Part shown: one piece after another, positions 27,701 to 36,700 of the stretch
How positions within the stretch are numbered: position 1 is the first letter of the stretch
How the letters are laid out: each line of letters begins with the position of its first letter
From: an uncultured Opitutales bacterium
GTDB lineage: Bacteria; Verrucomicrobiota; Verrucomicrobiia; Opitutales; T3Sed10-336
Length of the DNA stretch: 39,499 nt
Assembly (NCBI GenBank): GCA_964544025.1
Contig: CAZJCL010000001.1
Coordinates: 55,824 to 95,322 of the forward strand
Direction of reading: 5' to 3'
Made by a program: the position numbers and the translations under genes
Notes under the pieces: model-generated
What the model saw: the letters and a program-made list of their open reading frames with translations, nothing else
Databases searched by the model: none
Told to the model about the DNA's origin: nothing

Positions 27701-30700
27701 GGACGCGCTGGTGGTGGGGACGGTGGGCGTGGCGGTGCGGCGGGTGATGGCAAACGGGTTGCTGACTTGGGTAACGTATCTAGGGCAATCGGATGTGAGA
27801 ACGACGGGGGATGGTTCGATTGTTTTGCGAACAATTTCGGGGGATTTGACACTGACGGATGGAACGGGTCCGGCGGATGGCGTGGCGGTTTCAGCGCGCG
27901 TGAATGTTTTGCTGGAGGCGGGCGGGGCGGATTCCGATCTTTTGGTGAATGCGGATGTGCGCCTGGAATTGGGCGCGGCGAGTTTGGTGGCGGGCGGTTC
28001 GGTGACATTGGGAGCGGGCGTGAGGATCGCGAATGGGGGGAGAGGCAGCATTGAGGTGGAGGCTTCGGGCGGGTCGATCACGATGTCGGAGGGGAGTTCG
28101 ATCAGCGGTGGAAGCGGAACGGTTCATTTGTGGGCGGCGGTGGATGTTTCGTTGGGCGAGGTTTCGACGACGCGGGATGTGTGGATCGTGGCTTTGGCGG
28201 GGTCGATATCGGACAATGGCGTCGATTCGGTGAACGTGGCGGCGAGGAATCTCCGTATGGTTGCGGGCGTGGGAATCGGGACGTTGGGAGCGGGGGCGGA
28301 TGCGATTGAAACGCGGGTGTCGGTTTTGAACGCCCGGGCGGGTTCGGGTGGTATTAATATTTTGGAGGCGGACGATCTGGAGATAGGGGCGTTCGCGGTT
28401 TCGGTTAGGCGGGTGGAGAGGGACGGAACGATTGGCGGGGAAGTTCCGCTTCGCGCGGCGGCGGAGGACGGGCGGGTCGCTACGACGGATGGGGACGGAT
28501 CGATTGTTGTGCGGACGGTGGCGGGGAGTTTGGTTTTGGGGGATGGGGTTTGGGCGGTTCCGGCGACGGTTTCGGCGGATGGTTCGGGTTCGATTTTGCT
28601 GGAGGCGAACGGCGCGGGATCGGATGTGATCGTGGGCGGGCGTGTGGAAGCGGTTTCGGGGTCGATTACGGTGGCGGCGGCGCGGTCGGTGTCGATTTTG
28701 GGAGACTTCTGGATTTGGTCGGGGACGGGGACGACAGATGTGGAGGCGCGCGGTGGATCGATCGAGATGAGTCCGTTGGCGTGGGTGGGAGGTAATCATC
28801 TTCGTTTGCGGGCGGCGGAGGATGTGGTTTTGGGGTCGGCGTTTGCCGCCGGGAATGCTTCGATCACGGCGGTGGACGGTTCAATTTCGCGGGGATCGGC
28901 GGGTGGGATCGATGTGACGGCGGGCGGTTTGCGTTTGTCGGCCGGAACGGGAATCGGGACGTTGGGAGCGGGCGCGATGCCGTTGCGAACGAATGCGATG
29001 ATTTTGAGCGCTCGTGCGGGCGGTGGCGGTGTTAATGTTTTGGAAGCGAACGCGTTGGTGGTGGGGACGGTGAGCGTGACGGTGCAGCGGGTGATGGCGG
29101 ATGGTTCGTTGACGGCTTTGACGGACGCGGGGCAATCGGATGCGGCGACGACGGGCGGGAACGGATCGATTGTGTTGCGGACGGTTGTCGGGAGCTTGGG
29201 GTTGACGGATGGAGTCGGTCCGGCGGATGGCGTGGCGGTTTCGGCGCACGGAACCGGGAACGTTTTGCTGGAGGCCGGGGGAGCGGTTTCGGATTTGGCG
29301 GTGAACGCGGATGTGCGTTCGGGATCGGGGAACGTGACTTTGCGGGCGGGGAGGAATGTGACGTTTGCCGGGACCGGCGTGCTTACGGGTGGAATGGGAA
29401 CGGTTTTTGTCGAGGCGGCGGGCGGTTCGATCGGGATGGGGGACGCGAGTTTGATTTTCGCGGAGAGCGGGAATGTGCGATTGCGGGCGGCCGGGAGCGT
29501 GACGCTGGGTGGTGTTTGGACGGGCGGGCATGTTTCGATCATTGCGGCGAACGGTTCGATTTTGGACGGAGGCGATTCATATACGGATGTGGTGGCGAGT
29601 GGATTGCGTCTGGTTGCGGGCGTGGGAATCGGAACGCTCGGGGGCGGGGCGAATGGAATCGACGTGGCGGCGGGAACGCTGAGCGCGCGCGGCGGATCGA
29701 GCGGTGTCCATGTGGTGGCGACGAACGCGTTGACGGTGGGGACGGTGAGCGTGACGGTGCAGCGGGTGGCGGCGGACGGATCGGTGACGCCGGTGACGGA
29801 CGCGGCGCTTTCGGATGTGCGGACGACGGGCGGGGACGGTTCGGTTGTTTTGCGGACTTTGGCGGGGAATTTGACGCTGACCGATGGGACGGCTTTTGCG
29901 GATGGCGTGGCGGTTTCGGCGCACGGAGCGGGGAATGTTTTGCTGGAGGCGGGCGGGGCGGTTTCGGATTTGGCGGTGAACGCGGAGGTGCGTTCGGGTT
30001 CGGGAAATATCACGTTGCTGGCGGGGCGGAGCGTGAGGATCGGAGAAGTCGCGGTGACGACGGGCGGGGCGGGGACGGTCGATGTGGAGGCGGGAGCGGG
30101 ATCGATTTCGGTGGCGGATGGAGGGGCGGTTTCGGCGGGCGACGGGAACGTGCGTTTGCGGGCGGCGGGGGACGTGGTTTTGAGCGGAATCGCTACGGGC
30201 GGGGACGTTTCGGTGACGTCGGTTTCGGGGTGGATTTTGGACGGAGGGGATACTTTCGCGGATGTGGCGGCGAACGGTTTGCGTTTGTCGGCCGGGGCGG
30301 GAATCGGAACGCTGGGGGCGGGAGCGAATGGAATCGAGACGGTGGTGGCGAGGTTGAGCGCTCGGGCTGGCGGCGGGGGGATTCATGTTTTGGAGGCGGA
30401 CGCGTTGATCGTGGGGACGGTGGGCGTGGCGGTGCGGCGGGTGACGGCGGATGGGTCGGTGACGTTGGTGACGGATGAGGCGCAGTCGGATGTTGTGACG
30501 ACGGGCGGGGATGGCTCGATTGTTTTGCGGACGGTGGCGGGGAGTTTGACGCTGACGGATGGGACGGGTTTGGCGGATGGCGTGGCGGTTTCGGCGCACG
30601 GGGCGGGGAATGTTTTGGTTGAGGCGGGTGGAGCGGGGGCGGATTTGGCGGTGAACGCGGCGGTGGTGTCGGGTTCTGGTCATGTGACGCTTTTCGCGCG

Positions 30701-33700
30701 GCGGTCGGCGATTTTCGCGGCTTCGTCGGTGGCTACGGGAACCGGGGGGACGATTTCGGTGGAGGCGGCGACGGGTTCGATTTCGATGAGCGTTGGTAGC
30801 CGCGTGGACGGAGCGGGATCGATTCGGCTGTATGCGGCGGAAAGCGTCCGGCTGAGCGAGGTGGTTTCGACGGGCGGGGATGTTTCGGTGACGGCGGTTT
30901 CGGGTTCCATTTTGGGCAATGGCGACGGGCGGGTTGCGTTGGCGGGCGAGGGAATTCGGTTGGTGGCGGGAGTGGGGATAGGGACTTTGGGCGCGGTGGT
31001 GAATCCGGTCGGTATGAGCGGCGGGACAGTTTCGGCGCGGGCGGGGAGCGGCGGGATTAATTTGTTGGAGACGGATTCGCTGGTCGTGGGAACGGTGAGT
31101 GTGACGGTGGAGCGGGTGGCGGCGGATGGATCGGTTTCGACGGTGACGGACGCGGCGCTTTCGGATGTGCGGACGACGGGCGGGAACGGTTCTGTTGTGA
31201 TTCGGGCGGTGAAGGGGAGTTTGACGCTGACGGATGGAATGGGGGCGGGAGACGGGGTTTCGGTTGCGGCGCACGGGAGCGGAAACGTGTTGTTGCAAGC
31301 GGGCGGGAGTTCTTCGGATATTTTAATCCATGCGAGCGTGACGTCGGGAACCGGGCATCTGTCGCTGATCGCCGGCCGCAACGTCACTCTCTCGGCGGGG
31401 ACGCTTGTGTCGAGTGGCGGAACCGGAACGGTGGATATCGAAGCGACCGCGGGATCGATCATGATGGCCGATACCAGTCGCGTTGCTTCGGAAATCGGAA
31501 CGATTCGGCTGCGGGCGGGAACGGACGTTACGCTGGGCGGGGTGGAGGCGAAAGGGAACGTTTCCGTTGAGGCTATCCAAGGCTGGATTCTCGACGGCGG
31601 GGACACGTATACCGACGTGATCGCCCAGGGGTTGAACCTTGTTGCGGGAGTTGGAGTGGGGCGACTTGGTGCCGGGGCGAATGCAATCGAGACGCAAGCG
31701 GTCATTTTAAACGCGCGAGCGGGTTCGGGTGGCATCAACGTGGTTGAGGCCGATGGATTGAGAACCGGGGTTTCCATGAGCATGCATGTTTTCCGGGTTT
31801 TGCCCTCCGCGACGCTCTTTTTGCGGGCGGCTGGCGTGGCCACCGGGATCCAAACTATTGGGGGTGACGGCTCGGTTGTAATTCGAACACTGGCAGGAAG
31901 TCTTGAACTCAATTCGGTGGTCGCAAACGATTATCGCGCGGCAATCGCGCACGGGAGCGGGAATATCTTGCTTCACGCGGGCGGCGCGGGATCGAATCTT
32001 ACGCTGAACGGGGGCGTTGTTTCCGGTGAGGGGCATATTTCGTTGATCGCGAATCGTTCCGTGGTAATCGCGCAGCCGCGGGAGGTAGCTACCGGAAGCG
32101 GTTCGGTTAATGTGGAAGCGTCCCAAGGCACAATATTCATGGTGAACGGAAGCCGGATCTTGAGCGGTGCGGGAAATATTCGGCTGCACGCGGCGGAGGA
32201 CGTCGCGTTGGGTGGGATCGCGACGACCGGAGACGTGTCGATATCCGCGGTGGCGGGCTCCATTCTCGATAACGGCGACGCGCATCTGGATGTGGCCGCG
32301 AACGGTTTGCGGATCGTGGCGGGTGTGGGAATTGGGACGCTGGGGACGGGAGCGAACGGGATCGAGACGGCGGTTGCGACGGTGAGCGCGCGGGCGGGAT
32401 CGGGCGGAGTTAATATTTTGGAGGCGGATGCGTTGACGGTGGGCGATGTCGCGGTGACGGTGCGGAAGGTTCGCGCGGATGCGACGGTGGAATCGGTTCA
32501 GGATGCGGTTCAGTCGGATGTGAGAACGATTTCGGGGAACGGCTCGATCGTGATTCGGACGGTGGCGGGCGGTTTGACGCTCAACGACGGGACGGCGGCG
32601 GCGGATGGAGTGGCGGTTTCGGCGCACGGTTCGGGGAACGTTTTCCTGGAGGCGGGAGGAAGCGAATCGTTGTTGAACGTGAATGCCGACGTGGTGAGCG
32701 GCAGCGGCCATATTACGCTTTTTTCGGGGCGGGATGCGGTTTTGTCGGGCGCGCAGGTGTTGAGCGGCGGTTTGGGGACGGTGGTGATTAGAACCGGGGG
32801 TTCGATCACGATGTCGGAGGATAGCCGGATCGATGGAGGGGCCGGAAACATTCAATTGGCTGCGGCGCGCGATGTTTGGCTGGGGGGAGTGCGGACTTCG
32901 GGAGGTGTTTCCATCACGGCGGTTTCGGGTTCGGTTCTCGATAGCGGCGGCACTTCGGTGAATGTGGAAGCGAGCGGATTGCGTTTGATGGCGGGCGCGG
33001 GAATCGGAACGCTGGGGGCGGAGAGCAACCCGATCAGGACCGCGGTGGCCACTTTGAACGCGGAGGCTGGAGCGGGTGGTATCAATATTCTGGAGGCGGA
33101 TTCGCTGGAGATTGTTATCGGAGACCCGGTTGTGTTCATTGTGCGGCGGGTGCTGGAAACGGGAGGTACGATGGGGTTCATTGAACTTTATCACCGTGTC
33201 TTGACCACTACTTCCGGGAATGGAGATATCGTGATTCGCACGACGAACGGGAGTATTCGTTTGGATTCCGCCGACGGCGAATGGCGGGGAGTGGCGGCGC
33301 ATAGTAGCGGGAATATTTTGCTGGAGGCGGGCGGCGCGAACTCGGATTTGTCGGCGCATGTGAGTGTGATGTCGGGAGGAGGGCATGTGACGTTGTTGGC
33401 CGGGCGGAATATCGAACTTTTTGCCGAGGTTTCGACGGGAATCGGAACCGGGGAGGCGGGGACGGTGATTTTGGAAGCCGGATCGGGTTCGATCACGATG
33501 GCCGACGCGAGCCTGATCTCCACGGCTTCCGGCAGCGTTCGTTTGCATGCCGCGCTGGATATCGTTTTGGGCGGTATTTTGGCGGGTGGAAATGTCGCGA
33601 TCACGGCCGTGGGCGGATCGATTTTGGATGGCGGCGACGTGTTGGAGGATGTGGTCGCGCCGGGATTGCGGTTGGTGGCGGGCGAGGGAATCGGGAGGCT

Positions 33701-36700
33701 GGGAGCGGGAGCGAACGCGATCGAAGCGGCGGTGGGGAGGTTGTCGGCGCGGGCGGGTGCGGGCGGTATTAATGTTTTGGCGACGTATGGACTGGTGATT
33801 GGAGACGTTGCGGTGGTGACGCAGCGGGTGGGCGCGGATGGGTCGGTGACGGCGGTGACGGATGAAGCGCAGTCGGATGTGGCGACGATCGCGGGGAACG
33901 GTTCGATCGTGGTGCGGACGCTGGGCGGGGATTTGGTGTTGAACGACGGTTCGGCTCCGGAGGACGGGGTTTCCGTTTGGAGTCATGGCAGCGGGAACAT
34001 CCGGTTGGAATCGGGAGGGGCGACTTCGGATTTGTTGGTGAACGCGGATGTGCGGTCGGATTCGGGGAACGTGACGCTGTTGGCGGGCGGTTCGCTGATT
34101 TTCGCGGATGAGGCGGGGATTTCGACAGACGGGTTTGTCGATTTGGAGGCGATCGCGGGAAGTATTGTTACCGGAGGGGCTTTGCGGATTTCGGGCGGGA
34201 ATATCCGGTTGCATGCCGGGGACGATATTGTTCTGGGGAGCATTTTGAGTTCCGGCGACGTTTCGGTTTCGTCGGCGAATGGATCGATTCTGAATGGGGG
34301 AACCGGCGGGGTGAATATCGTGGCCGACCGGTTGCGGTTGTTCGCCGGAGCGGGAATCGGGACGTTGGGTGCGGGGGCGAATGCGCTGACGACCAGGGTG
34401 AACGCGTTGACGGCGCGGGCGGGATCCGGCGGGATTAATATTTTCAATACGGGATCGGTGACGGTGAGCACGGTCGGCGTGGTGACCGGGCGGGTCGGCA
34501 TCGATGCTTTGGTGACGACGGTGACGGTTCCCGAGCAGTCGGATTTGGCGACGGCGGGGAATGGTTCGATCGTTTTGCGGACGGTGGATGGCGGAATCGC
34601 GTTTGACGAAGGGCGAAGCGTGTCGGCTCACGGAGAGGGGAATGTTCTTTTGGAAGCGACGGGATCGGAAAGCGCGGTTGTTATTGGCGGGGCGGTTTTG
34701 TCTGGAGCGGGACATGTGACGGTGACGGGGGAAAGCGGCGTTACGTTTAGCGGTATTGGTGCGCGGATCGCGACGGGCGGGGCGGGGACGGTGACGGTGG
34801 AATCGGGGCGCGGAATTTCGATGGCGGCGGTTCACGAAATCGTGGCGGAGAGCGGGAATATCCGGCTTGTCGCCGATTTGTCCGTTACGGTTGGACGAAT
34901 CGCGACGGCGGGGGATGTTTCGATGGTGGCCGGCAGGGCGATCCGAGGGGCGGCGGGAAGTTCGGTTCATGTCGAAGCGGCCGGTTTGCGTTTGGATTCG
35001 CGGGCGGGAATCGGCGGGATGGGATTTGCGCCGTTTGTTACGGATGTTTCCGTTCTGAGCGCCCGTGTAGAAGACGGACGTATCACGATTTTGGAAATGG
35101 ACGATCTCACAATCGACGGGGTTGCGGTGATGGTTCACAAGGTCGGGGCGGATGGTTCGACCGCTCCGGTGATGGACGTGTTGCAGTCGGACGTGGTTTC
35201 CGGGGGGGACGTAATTCTCGGAACGGTGAACGGGACGCTGACGTTGAACGACGGTTCGGCTCCCGGTGACGGGATCGCAGTTTCGGCCGGTTTGAACGTG
35301 CGGCTCGAAGCGGCCGGGGCGGAGTCGGATCTTGTGGTGAACGGGGAAATCCGGTCGGCGACCCGGGCGGTCGATTTGCGGGCGGGGAGATCGGTGATTT
35401 TTGATTCCGGCGCGCGGGTGGTCGCGTTGGGGCAGGGGACGGTGAATGTGGAGGCGGCGGGTGGCGGAATCGCGATGGCGGATGGCGCGTTGATCGACAC
35501 GGCGTTGGGGATTCGGCTTCATGCGCACGGAGATGTGGTTTTGGGCGGGTTGCGGGTTTGGGAAACGGTCGGGAAAGTGGCGGTTGTTTCCGCGAGCGGA
35601 TCGATTTTGGACGGGGGCGACGCGCATATCGATGTGGTGGCGAAGGAGCTTTCGCTGTGGGCGGCGGCGGGAATCGGGGAATTGGGCGAGGAGGCGGACG
35701 CGATCGAAACGCGGGTGGGCGTGGTTTCGGCTTGGAGCGGCGGCGGGGTTAATCTTTTGGAGACGGATGGGCTCGTGGTCGGCGCGGTGGCGGTTTCGGT
35801 GCGGCGGGTGGATGCGGATGGAACGGACGCGGAATTTACGGCAGAGGCTTTGTTCGGGTTGACGAGCGGCGGCGCGACGGTGGTGCGGACGGTTGAGGGG
35901 GATCTGGTTTTGACGGCGGGGAGCGGAGGGGAGCGCGCGGTGGAAGCGGCCGGGAACGTTCTATTGGCGGCGGGCGGAATCAGGGCGGATTTGACGGTCG
36001 GGGGCGGCGTGGTTTCCGGAGGGCATTTGACGTTGCTGGCGGGGCGATCGGTGACGGTGGCGTCGGGAGTGACGATTTCGGGCGCGGGAACGGCCAACGT
36101 GGAAGCGGGCACCGGATCGATTTTGATGGGGGCGGGAAGCCGGGTGGAAACGGCGGGGAATGTCCGGATGGCGGCGGCGACGGATGTTGTTTTGGGCGTT
36201 TTGGAGACGGGTGGGGATGTTTCGATTACCGCGGTGGCGGGTTCGATTTTGCGGAACGCGGAGGAAACGGGTGCGTTGGTTGCGCGGATGTTGCGGTTGA
36301 ACGCGGGGGCGGGAATCGGGATTTTGGGTGAGGGAGCTTATCCGTTGTTGACGTCGGTGACGAGGGTTTCGGCGCGGGCGGGGAACGGCGGAATTAATTT
36401 GTTCAATACGGGCAGTTTGACGGTCGGCCTGGTTCGGGTGGCGGTGTCGAAGGTTTTGGCGGACGGCGGAACGGAAATGGTCGAGGATGGGCCCCAGGCG
36501 GATTTGGTGACGGCGGGCGGAGATGGTTCGATCGTGGTGCGGGTATTCGACGGGGATTTAGTTTTGACGGATGGCCCGGGCGGGGAAGCGGGGGTGGCGG
36601 TTTCGGCGCACGGCGCGGGGAATATTTTGCTGGCGACCGACGCGGGGAGGTTGATCCGGGTCAATGCGGGCGTGGTCTCGGCGAATGGGAATATCTCGAT

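Noticed and set aside
29516-30478. A 320-codon + strand ORF, Gly/Arg-rich (..GRGNRNARGRGEWNRRGGGNAERARR..)
   Set aside because: It lies in the +2 frame inside gene 3. Its composition is the frame-shifted echo of the GNN-rich sense frame, and it has no independent start context.
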